Of a DNA stretch of 32,101 bases, positions 1 to 10,278 are shown piece by piece. How positions within the stretch are numbered: the first letter of the stretch is position 1; each line of letters begins with the position of its first letter. The position numbers and the translations under genes were made by a program. This DNA is from Chiloscyllium plagiosum (lineage: Eukaryota). The stretch covers positions 2,820,683-2,852,783 of the forward strand of contig NC_057752.1 of the NCBI RefSeq assembly GCF_004010195.1, read 5' to 3'. The notes beneath the pieces were generated by a model. It did no database searches. It saw only the letters and a list, made by a program, of their open reading frames with translations, and was not told the DNA's origin.

Positions 1-1225
1 CCCCCCGAAGAGTGCTAGCAAACCTACCTCCCAGGATATTGGTGCCCTTCTGGTTCAGGTGCAACCCGTCCTGTTTGTACAGGTCCCACCTTCCCCAGAA
101 TGCAGTCCAATTGTCCAAATACCTGAAGCCCTCCCTCCTACACCATCCTTGCAGCCACGTGTTCAACTGCACTCTCTCCCTATTCCTTGCCTCACTGTCA
201 CGTGGCACCGGCAACAACCCAGAGATGACGACTCTGTCTGTCCTAGCTTTTAGCTTCCAGCCTAACTCCCTGAGCTCTTGGATGACCTCCCCACCTCTCT
301 TCCTACCTATGTCGTTGGTGCCAACGTGCACCACGACTTCTGGCTGCGCACCCTCCCCCTTAAGGATTCTGAAGACACGGTCCGAGACGTCTCGGACCCT
401 GGCACCCGGGAGGCAATAAACCATCCGAGAGTCTCGCCCATGTCCACAACCGCCTGTCTGTCCCTCTAACTATACAGTCTCCTATAATAGCGCTCTCCTC
501 CTCTCCCCCTTTCCCTTCTGAATCTCAGAGCCAGACCTCATGCCACAGACCCGGTCACTGCAGCTTACCCCTGCTACCCCAACAGTATCCAAAGCGGTAT
601 ACTTATTGTTTAGGGGAACGACCACAGGGGATCCCTGCACTGCCTGCTTCCTCCCCTTCCCAGCTCTAACTGTTACCCAGCTACCTCTGTTCTCTGGCGT
701 AGCTATGTCCCTGTAGCTTCTATCTATCACCCTCTCAGCCTCTCGAATAATCCTCAGTTCATCCAACTCCAGTTCCAGTTCCCTAACTCGTTCTGTGAGG
801 AGCAGGATCTGACTGCATTTCCTGCAGATGAAGTCGGCAGGAGTATCGGTGGTCACCCCTACCTCGAACATCCTGCAGGAGGAACATTCCACTCCCTGCG
901 CTGCCATTACTCTACACTTCGTCTCTGAAAACAAGAACACTGAGTAGCTTACCTGTGGACTTTAAAATTAGGTTAGAGGAGGAGGATGGGAGGGAGGCCC
1001 TACTATGTAGGGCCTGGGGTCTAGAACACACCCACTCAAATATCAGTCACTTACCTTCCAAACTAGCTCTGCGCTCCAACCTCACTTCCACCCAGCTCGC
1101 GCCGCTCTCTGCTGTGAGAAGACCATTGGCGTCGAGGTAAGGTCTTTATATATCAGTCACTTACCTTCCCGACCAGCTCTGCGCTCCAACCTCACTTCCG
1201 CCTAGCTCGCGCCGCTATCTGCTGT
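1..1225 (-). mobile_element. CR1-type LINE: 5' UTR and frameshifted ORF1 (Cys-rich finger, coiled coil, SGNH esterase); continues beyond the left edge
   Basis: ATG at 907-905 starts MAAQGVECSSCRMF...FICRKC...LLTERVRELELELDEL. After frameshifts near 480 and 450 the minus strand reads IGDCIVRG...LPGARVRDV...VVVHVGTND...DGLHLN, the SGNH esterase typical of CR1 ORF1. The catalytic GDS is mutated to GDC. Confidence 0.88.
1040..1225. repeat. Two ~76-bp direct-repeat monomers (period 110 bp) at the CR1 5' end
   Basis: 1040-1115 and 1150-1225 both read atatcagtcacttaccttcc...agctctgcgctccaacctcacttcc...agctcgcgccgct.tctgctgt with a few substitutions. Confidence 0.9.
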
Positions 1226-1688
1226 TCTTGCTTTCCTCCCATTAACCTTTGATCCCTTTCATTCTAAAACTTATATTTAACTCCTCATTTAAATCTGACA
1301 AAGTAACTGATTTCCAACATTTGCAGTCACCCCTCCCCAATTTTGTATGCTTTGAAGTGAAGATTTCACTTTATTTCTACAACATCCAGTATGAGATCTC
1401 AGCAGTCCACTGATGATAAGTAACTGGAAATTCCCCTTGATTCAAGTGTTCCTCCCTGATAGGTTTATTGTGATGAACTCTTCTATCCATCAGATACAAG
1501 CCATTCGACAAAAAGAAATGATATCCAGTCAGCCAAACACCTACTTACCTCCTGACTGGGCCCAGATGCACCTTTATCTTGATGGAGCAAGATTCCAGTC
1601 TGACTCAACAAACCATTTCAAATGCTCACTCGAGCCTGTATTGTATTAGGCAAAAGTAAATGTTGATTTCCAGAAACCATTAAAAAAG

Positions 1689-2387
1689 TGTTAGGACATG
1701 GGGTAAACCCTCCTGCTTAATTTAAACCAGCAACTTAGAAAAGATTTATCCCGTGTAGTAATCTCTGAAAATTCGAGAGGCCAAGAACTATTCAAAGTAA
1801 AAGTTAACAACTTTATTTCTTAAAGTCTAACCTAGAATAATTAACTAACAACTATTACAACTCCTTCCTCTAACCTATTGTTTACTTTCCCTTCTATAAT
1901 ACTGGTCCGATAAAACCCCCAAGTAAGATTTACCAAAAATTCAAATTCCAAAACCTGGCAGCTGTCGAATCTTCACTTTGTATCTTCCTCTGTACATTTT
2001 CTTCTCAGGATTTCTCTTTCACTAGTCATTGATAGATAAATGTACCTTTAAGAGAGCTAATTTTCCAGGCAGTCTGCAGATGTTGGTGGCTTGGCAGTTG
2101 TCCCTCAAGTGTTCAATCTTCCCCAGTCTTATGCCCCCAAAGCATTGGATTGTGTCATTGGCTTTTAATGTTGTCAATATTCTAAATTCAAACAGGATTG
2201 GAGTTTGGTATTTTTTGGGGTATAATTTAAACTGATTGGCTGAATTCAAATTTCTTTTTGTATCCAGGCAACCAGCTACTCTAGCTGTTGGACCAAATGT
2301 TACAATGTAACTTCTCCAGCACTCTGTGTGCCTCTCTAAGTCCTTCAATCTCTTCAAGGTATAGTACACTTCTACACCTTCATAACA
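1689..2387 (-). repeat. 3' LTR of the Gmr1-like element
   Basis: TGTTA...TAACA inverted termini; near-identical to 7679-8363; minus-strand AATAAA at 1812-1817; abutted by a polypurine tract. Confidence 0.92.
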
Positions 2388-2400
2388 CCTCCTCCCTTAA
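2388..2400 (-). promoter_or_regulatory. Polypurine tract (plus-strand primer) of the Gmr1-like element
   Basis: Minus strand reads ttAAGGGAGGAGG immediately before the TG that starts the 3' LTR. Confidence 0.85.
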
Positions 2401-2711
2401 GAAAAACTAAACCATCATAATGAAAAGATGGCTTCATTTTTCTTTCTATTCTTTAAACACATCACCCTAGCATACCGATAACTTTAATCTAAGTTCACCT
2501 TAACGTCTTCCTATATACCTATATATATAAAACCAATTAAATAAATATAAATCTCATCTAAACTTTATCAGTTAAATCCATGATAATGCATCTGCGATTA
2601 CGTTCTTACAATCCACAACATGTACAATTTTTAATTTAAAAGTCTGTAACATAAGACTCCAATGAAATAATCTCATTTACTTGTCTTTAAAGAGAATGCT
2701 TTAAAGAATGT

Positions 2712-3031
2712 ATTAGATTAGATTACTTACAGTGTGGAAACAGGCCCTTCGGCCCAACAAGTCCACACCGACCCGCCGAAGCGTATACCACCCAGACCCA
2801 TACTCCTACATTTACCCCTTCACCTAACACTACGGGCAATTTAGCATGGCCAATTCACCTAACCTGCACATTTTTGGATTGTGGGAGGAAACCGGAGCAC
2901 CTGGAGGAAACCCATGCAGACACGGGGAGAATGTGCAAACTCCACACAGAGAGTCGCCTGAGGCGGGAGTTGAACCCGGGTCTTTGGCGCTGAGAGGCAG
3001 CAGTGCTAACCACTGTGCCACCGTGCCGCCC
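2712..3031 (-). mobile_element. tRNA-derived SINE (HE1/V-SINE type) inserted in the RNase H region of the Gypsy element
   Basis: Head GGGCGGCACGGTGGCACAGTGG (A box) and GGTTCAACTCC (B box), V-domain-like core, CR1-like tail with (TCTAA)n. Near-identical to 22377-22698. Confidence 0.9.
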
Positions 3032-6000
3032 ATAAATGTAAGCAGATTGTGATCTGTGTACACAACCTTCTCCGACAATTGTTCGTGACATAGACATTAA
3101 AGTGTTGTAAGGCCAGTACCAAACTCAATAGTTATTTTTCGATCGTGGAGTATTTCCTCTGGTGGATGTTGAGCTTCTTCGAAAACCACCTGGCAGTTCA
3201 ATCCCATCCTCATCCTCCTGTATGAGTGCAGCTCCAACCCCTATGTCACTAGCATTGATGGTGATGTTAAAAGATTTTGAAAAGGTTGGTGTAGCTAAAA
3301 CTGGTTTGGTGGTTAATATGGCTTTCAAATGGTCAAATGCCTCCTGTCCACCGGAACTTTGTGTTCTTCTTCAGCAAATCAGTTAACAGTACCACTACAC
3401 TGCTGAAGGTTGGAACAAACGTTTGATAGAATCCGCTGAGTCTGAAGAATCAAAGCACCTCTTTCTTTAAGGTTGGTTGTGGAAATTCCTCGATGGCCTA
3501 TGTCTTTGTGTTCCATGGGGTCAACCTTCCACGACCGATGTTATGTCCCAAGAATGTCACCTCTGCTTTCGCGAATTCAGTTTTATTTAAGTTTATCACT
3601 AGTTTTGCTTCTCGTAGTCATTCAAAGAGCTCTGCCAACTGTACCATGTGATCTTTCCAGGAATTACCAAAGATCACTTCATCATCCAAACAGACTGCAC
3701 AGTTTGTTAACCCAGCCACAACTCTGTTCATAATTCTTTGGAATGTGGCGGGTGTGTCCTTCATTCCAAAGGGCATCACTTTAAACTGATATAGCTCATT
3801 TTGGGTCACAAACGCAGAAATTTCTTTCGCCATCTCTCGTAAAGATACATGCCAGTAACCATGCATTAAGTCCAACTTGGTGATGTAACTGGCTTGTCTG
3901 ACTTTCTCAATACAGTCCTCCAATCTTGGAATTGGATATGAGTCCGATTTTGTAATGGTATTAACCTTCCGATAATCCACGCATAATCATTGAGTACTGT
4001 CTGGTTTGGGAACTAAGGCGATCGGCGAACTCCACTCGCTCTGGCTTGGTTCGATGATATCCTTGTTGAGCATGGCCTCCACCTCCTTCTGGACCTGTCT
4101 GGCTTTGAAAGGATTAAGCTGATTGGGGTGTTGTTTTATTGAAGCAGTATTTCCTATGTCTACTTCATGTACAATAGTATTAGTCCTCCCCATCTAATTT
4201 TTACATATGTCCTGCTACTGCAATAACAAATCTTTCAACTGTGATCTATGCTCATGAGACAGATAGTTTACTAACCTATCCCACTCTTCAAGGAATTCTT
4301 CATTTTTAAATCTATTTTGAGGCACATCAAAATCCACATCATCTGGATTTGATTCCTCGTTCTGTGGGGCAGTATCTCAGACCGGTTTCTCCTGTTCTTT
4401 CTCTCTTGTATAATACACATTCAACATGTTCACATGAAATACCTGATACCATTTTTTTCTCTATCTGACATCTTTACTAGATAGTTCACCTGACTCAATT
4501 TTTTCTCAATTTGGTAGGGACCACTAAACTTGGCTTTGAAGGGATCTCCTATCACTGGTAACAGTATTAACACCTCATCCCCTCGGGAAAATGTCTGAGT
4601 CACAGAGCTTTTATCTGCCACCTGTTTTATTCTATACTGTGCCCTCTTTAGGTGCTATTTGGCTAACTCACCTACTCTATTTAATCTTTCCCTCACCTCC
4701 AATACATAATCTAAGTGTGAGATCTCTGACTTTGGTCCTGACAATTTTTCTTTAATTAATTTCAAAGCACCTCTCACTTCATTCCCTAATATTAACTCAA
4801 AGTGAGTGAACTGAGTAGATTCATTTGGGTCATCTCTATTGGCAAACTATACGAATGGGATACTTTTATCCCAATCATTTGGGTAATCCTGACAGTGTGC
4901 TCTCAAAGTGGTCTTCAAGGTCTGATGTCACCTTTCTAAAGTTCCCTGGGATTCAGGATGATACACACTGGATTTAAAGTGCTGTATACCTAAGCTATCC
5001 ATAACCTCCTTAAACAGCTTAGCAGCAAAAATTGACCCTTGGTCTGACTGAATCTTTCTGGATAGCCCATACCGTGTGAAGAAAGCTACTAACTCCTCTC
5101 TTACCCTTTTTGCCTTGATACTCCACAATGGAATTGCCTCCAGAAATCTGGTAGACACATCCATTAGGGTTAACAAGTACTGGTTCCCATTTTAAGTTTT
5201 TGGGAGGGGACCTATGCAATCAATTACAACCCGCATGAAAGGTTCTTCAAATGTGGGAATTGGCAACAAAGGGGCTGGTTTTATTACCGCCTGTGGCTTA
5301 CCTACCATTTGGCATGTATGACACGTACGGCAAAAGTTAACCACATCCAGCCCAATACAAATGTTTTCGTACCTTACTCTGTGTCTTTCGTACCCCGATG
5401 TGACCTCATACAGGTAGTTCATGTGCTACCGGCAACACAATCTGGTGCACTACGGCCCATTTCTCCTCTGCACTAACCTGCCGTGGTCTCCATTTTTGTA
5501 TTAGGATTCTTTCAGATAACCCTCCAGAATATTCTCTGCCTCCTTTTCAGAGTACGCATTCACATATATGTTTTATCATCTTGTCTTGCTGTTGCAAGTC
5601 CCTTAGCCTTTCAGGACTAAACACTTCTGTCTGACCCTCTGCCTGTTCAGGTTTTTCCTGTACCATTATGTCAAACAGGGTATCTGCTAAGTGAACCTCA
5701 CCTCCTTCATCTTTCTCTTTACTTTTCACTTTGTGCTGTGACTTATGATAGTGGAATCCGGTTACCACACAGTCTGGGAGAATACCAGGATATTTCTGTT
5801 TTAACTCCTCAGTTTCTTGGTCTTCCTTGGGTTTCTCCACAAGGGGTGTCACTCCCACCTTGGATCCTCCCAAATCATTCCCAAGAACAAATTGAATTCC
5901 TGGAACTGACACTCTGCCAATCACTCCCACTGTAACTTCTCCAGTCTTGAGTTGGCACCCAAACCTGATCTTGCATAGGGGAACGCTAAACTTCTGTCCA

Positions 6001-7560
6001 TCTATCCCACAAATTACCACACTCTCGGGTAACAGATCAGAAAGAGTGCATATTCACTCATTCTTTACTATCAATGACTGGTTAGATCCTGTATCTCTCA
6101 AAATTATAGCTTCTTGTCCTTATCCCCCTGTTCTTTCTGAGTACACTTTACCCACAGAGGTGAATTCTTTGTAGAGGTCAGGTACTAACTCTGTACCCAG
6201 CCCTTGCCTAGTGTGTGCACTCTCCTGCAGCTCCTCGGCTCTTCTTGGGGTGTCCTTTACTACCTTCACTCATGCCACTGCCTTAGCTTCCTTTACCACA
6301 TCTTTTCCCACAGTGCCTTTCTTTAACGACCAGCACTGTGTCTTTACATGTCCAACTTTACCACAGTGGAAGCACGTGAGGTCTTTCACCCCCTTTACAC
6401 CATCTTAGGCTTCTTTTTTTATCCTGTGGTAAATTCTTACCAGTGCTCTCTACTCTTGGTTTCGTAGTGTAAGATCTCCCCTTCTCCCAACTTCTATCCC
6501 TCACATGATGAAATTCTGGCAGGAAGCTTGTCTTATGCACCAACATGTACTCATCTGCGAATTCTGCTGCCTTTCTCACTTCCTGAACTTTCTGTTCCTC
6601 CACGTGAATTCTTACCATCTCTGGCAGTGAGTTTTTAAACTCCTCCAGCAGAATAATCTCTCTTAGAGCCTCATAGGTCTTATCTATTTTCAAAGCATTC
6701 ACCCATTTATCAAAATGACTGTTTAATTCTTTTGAACTCAACATAAGTCTGACCTGGTTCCTTCAGTGTTTCTGAACCGCTGTCTCTATGCTTCTGGTAC
6801 CAATTCATAAGCATTTAAAAATAGCGTGTTTAACCTCTTCGTAATTTCTTGACACCTCATCTGACAGTGCGGCAAATACCTCACTAGCTCTGCCTACCAG
6901 TTTAGTCTGAACTAGCATTACCCATAAATTCTTGGACCACTCCATCTACCCAGCCAATTTTTCAAATGAAATAAAGAAGGCTTCAACATCTTTCTCAATA
7001 AAATGTGGCAGAGTTTTGACATATTTGTATATATCACTATCCTGTCTTTTCATTTCCATCCTGTTAATTTGACTTTGTCGACTAAGACGAAACTTCTCAA
7101 TTTCAAATTCTCTCCTTTTGCCTCTCCCTTTCTTCTCTATCTCTTTGCTCAGCTAAGAACCTCTGTCTTTTTTTTAATCTCTCTCTCTGTTTCTCTTTAT
7201 CTTCTGACTCCATTGTAATTTAAGTTTTTCTACCTTTACTGCACTTGTCTGTTTCTCTGATACACATAAGTGTTTGAGTATTTCCTTTACAATTTCAGCT
7301 TTACTTTTGTCCTTGGTTAAACCCAAACCTAATTTCTTTGCCAATTTTAAAAGTATGGCCTTTTTCTTTCCTTCTAAATTTTCTTGGCAAATTTGAGAAT
7401 CATCTTCAAATCCCAGAACCTCCTTTAGGAATTTTAAGAACCATTTTTCTCACTTCTAATTTAATCAACCACAAATCACTGAAAGTAAACAAATTGTCTC
7501 ACCTACGTTTTATTTAAAGATCTAGGACATTAACCTGCAACCTACTGGGCTTTTTCGTAC

Positions 7561-7680
7561 CCCAAATCTATTCAAATCTGTCTAAACCTGTTGAAATCAC
7601 AAATCCAAAACTCAAACTGTTCAAATCGCAGACAAAAGCCCCCCAAACTATTCAAATCCCAGCGATGAATCCCCAAACTG
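7561..7680 (-). repeat. Primer-binding site (tRNA-Pro-like) repeated as a degenerate tandem array
   Basis: Plus-strand units start at 7571, 7591, 7620 and 7651, each beginning TT(C/G)AAATC and ending ...AAAC(C)T(A/G). The two LTR-proximal units resemble the tRNA-Pro 3' end TTCAAATCCCGGACGAGCCCCCA. Confidence 0.7.
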
Positions 7681-8363
7681 TATGACATGGGGTAAACCCT
7701 CCTGCTTAATTTAAACCAGCAACACAGAAAAGATTTATCCTGTACAGTACTCTGTGAAAATTCGAGAGGCCAAGAACTATTTAAAGTAAAAATTATCAAC
7801 TTTATTTCTGAACGTATAACAATAATTAACTAACAACAATTTACAACTCCTTCCTCTAAACTATCATTTACTTTCCCTTCTATAATACTAATGCGATAAA
7901 ACCCCCAAGTAAAATTTACCAAAAATTCAAATTTCAAAACCCGGCAGCTGTCAAATCTTCGCTTTGTATCTTCCTCTGTAGATTTTCTTCTTCTTAGGAT
8001 TTCTCTTTCACTAGTCATTGATATAAAAATGTACCTTTAGGAGAGCTAATTTTCCAGGCAGTCTGCAGATGTTGGTGGCTTGGTAGTTCTCCCTCAACTG
8101 TTCAATTTTCCCTGGTCTTATATCCCCAAAGCATTGATCGTATCATTGACTTTTAATATTGTCAGTATACTAAATTCAAACAGGTTTGGAGTTTGTTATT
8201 TTTGGGGTATAATTTAAACTGATTGGCCGAATTCAAATTTGTTTTTGTATCCAGACAACCAGCTACTCTAGCTGCTGGACCAAATGTTACAATGTAACTT
8301 CTCCAGCACTGTGTGCCTAAGTCCTTCACTCTCAAAGGTACAGTACACTTCTATACCTTCACA
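7679..8363 (-). repeat. 5' LTR of the Gmr1-like element
   Basis: Direct repeat of 1689-2387. The minus strand carries a CCAAT (~8222-8226), a TATAA (8118-8122) and an AATAAA (7801-7806) in U3-R order. The outer end is ambiguous by a few nt; AAAG occurs on both flanks (possible 4-bp TSD). Confidence 0.9.
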
Positions 8364-8489
8364 TAAAAAGGCAATAAGCTGAGACTGAAGGCCCCAACCT
8401 GTGGCATTGTAAGTGTTCAGGTAGGCTTCCACAGATTATTTCGCATCTATTCACCACCTAATAGGCCTGGTGTTCCAGGAGATCATTAA

Positions 8490-9183
8490 GTATATTTAAA
8501 TCTACGATAGACAGATCTTTAATCAGGAAGGAAATCAAGGGGTCTAAGGAAAAGGAAGGCAATTGGAGTTGAGGATAGTCAGATCAGCTGTGATCTTATT
8601 GAATGGTGGAGCAGACTTGATGGGATGAATTGTGCAGTTTTGGTCTCCAAATTTGAGGAAGGATATTCTAGCTATTGAGGGAGTGCAGCATGGGTTCACG
8701 AGGTCAATTCCCAGAATGGCGGGCCTATCATATGTTGAAAGATTGGAGCGACTGGGCTTGTATACACATGAGTTTAGAAGGATGAGAGGGGATCTGATTG
8801 AGACATATAAGATTATTAATGGATTGGACACTCTGGAGGCAGGAAGCACGTTTCCGCTGATGGGTGAGTCCAGAACCAGAGGACACAGTTTAAAAATAAG
8901 GGGTAGACCATTTAGAACAGAGTTGAGAAACTTCTTCACTCAGAGAGTGGTGGGTGTATGGAATGCTCTGCCCCAGAAGGCAGTGGAGGCCAAGTCTCTT
9001 TCAAGAAAGAGATGGATAGAGCTCTGAGAGATAGTGGAACGAAGGGTTATGGGGATAAGGCAGGAACAGGCTACTGATTGTGGATGATCAGCCATGATCA
9101 TAATGAATGTGGTGCTGGCTCGAATGGCCTACTTCTGCACCTATTGTCTATTGAATAATCTACTTCTGTTTGTACGGTTTATG
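8490..9183 (+). mobile_element. Nested CR1 3'-end fragments: younger CR1 ORF2 C-terminus and tail (8631-9151) inserted in an older CR1 tail
   Basis: ORF 8632-9027 reads VQFWSP.LRKDILAIEGVQ...RMRGDLIETYKI...RTRGH...FFTQRVV.VWNALP. The tail ends ctattgtctatt. TGAAT flanks the insert at 8626-8630 and 9152-9156. Confidence 0.85.
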
Positions 9184-9467
9184 CAGATTCTGCATCACGG
9201 AGTGGGAGGTGAAATTTATGGACTTACAGCTGAAAATGATTGCTAGTTACAAAAACATTGATATTAGGGCAAGGCCTGTTTGCTTTTGTCCAAATTAAAA
9301 TTATATAACTCACCTTTGTGCCACATATTTTTTCCATATTTTGGCCACCAGCTCAGGCCAGATAAAGCAACCGGTCGGACAGAACAAGGGTAGAAATCAG
9401 TGTGTGTTGTGTCTGTTTTTCCAGTTTTAAATGGGTGCATTTAACACTGGAAGTACTATGTCTAGTG

Positions 9468-9677
9468 TCGTGGGTGTGGCGCTGGAAAAGCACAGCAGGT
9501 CAGGCAGCATCTGAGGAGCAGGAGAATCAATGTTTCGGGGATAAGCCCTTCATCAGGAATGATTTATGCCTGAAACGTCGATTTTCCTGCTCCTCGGATG
9601 CTACCTGACCTGCTGTGCTTTTCCAGCACCATACCCTCTCGTCTGATCTTCAGCATCTGCAGTCCTCACTGTCTCTA
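9468..9677. mobile_element. Palindromic non-autonomous mini-element, probably derived from a Penelope pseudo-LTR, with a 14-bp TSD
   Basis: Inverted arms ~9474-9545 and ~9564-9634 (gctggaaaagcacagcaggtcagg / cctgacctgctgtgcttttccagc). Flanked by tactatgtctagtg (9454-9467) and tactgtgtctagtg (9678-9691). Confidence 0.8.
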
Positions 9678-10061
9678 TACTGTGTCTAGTGGCCAATTTG
9701 TGGGACAGTCTACATCTGAGTTACACAGACCTTCTCTCCACTGATTTGGGCCCAATTTTCAGGCATCTAGAGTGGCCACCAAAAACAGGAATTGGCTTTC
9801 TATCTGTTAAGCAGGGGCCGATCATTCACTGAGAGATGTCTCTGCTCAGAACTCTTCAGCTGCTGTCAGCTAAAGGCAATTTTTCAGAAAATAAATATGG
9901 TTCTTGGAACTCTCAAAAGTGTTTTAATTCCAGCTTGACAATTTCTACATTAAAACTAATGCAGTTCCCATCTCAGTTCATCTCCTTCGGGACCATCTCC
10001 GGTTATCAGATGACAACCTTGAATATTTATGAGATGAAAAGTCTTTTCGAATTCCACACAA

Positions 10062-10067
10062 TTTATT
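10062..10067 (-). terminator. Candidate polyadenylation signal (AATAAA) of the GPD1-family gene
   Basis: First canonical AATAAA I found on the minus strand downstream of the stop (plus-strand tttatt), followed by TGTGTG. It would give a 3' UTR of about 1.2 kb. No transcript evidence. Confidence 0.4.
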
Positions 10068-10260
10068 AGGACAAATGGTATTGGGGTCTTCAGCTTGACA
10101 TCATCTAGAAAGCCTGCTAGAATTTATACCCCTGCGTGAGCAAGGTAACAATTGGGTTGAAGCAGTAATCCAGTGCTGGAGTTGTGAAAGGTTTTGTTTC
10201 TGGGGCCCTCATTCCATTTTATCAAAGTTCCAGACCCCAGTAATGCAGCACAAACATTTT

Positions 10261-10278
10261 TGTGTGTGTGTGTGTGTA
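10261..10278. repeat. (TG)n microsatellite in the putative 3' UTR
   Basis: About 8 consecutive TG units. Confidence 0.9.

Larger units (their letters stand above)
1689..8363 (-). mobile_element. Full-structure but decayed Ty3/Gypsy LTR retrotransposon, Gmr1-like (gag-PR-IN-RT-RH)
   Basis: Two ~690-bp LTRs. On the minus strand: gag from ~7444 (AYELVPEA motif; zinc knuckle CFHCGKVGHVKTQC at ~6331-6380), protease ILRDTGS at ~6090, integrase ~5470-4430 (CRTCHTCQ, IDCIGPLP, IQSDQGS, YHPESQG, GPY), RT ~4200-3400 (WSSPIALVPK, DYRKVN, MPFG, CLDD), RNase H ~3330-2580 (ASDIGVGAAL, VYTDH). Many stops and frameshifts. Confidence 0.93.

Noticed and set aside
12..419. Plus-strand 135-aa ORF, and similar ORFs such as 2846-3052, 8544-8939, 15643-15948, 15926-16309 and 23216-23506
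   Set aside because: These are antisense or alternative-frame shadows of transposon or GPD1 coding sequence with no recognisable domains.
7561..7680. Repeat-spacer-like pattern suggestive of a CRISPR array
   Set aside because: The conserved part is only ~15 nt and degenerate, the context is eukaryotic, there are no cas genes, and the position and tRNA similarity identify it as PBS-related.
1689..8363. Endogenous retrovirus or active element
   Set aside because: There is no env or room for one between RNase H and the PPT, the RT is Gypsy-type, and the ORFs are broken with YxDD mutated to CLDD.
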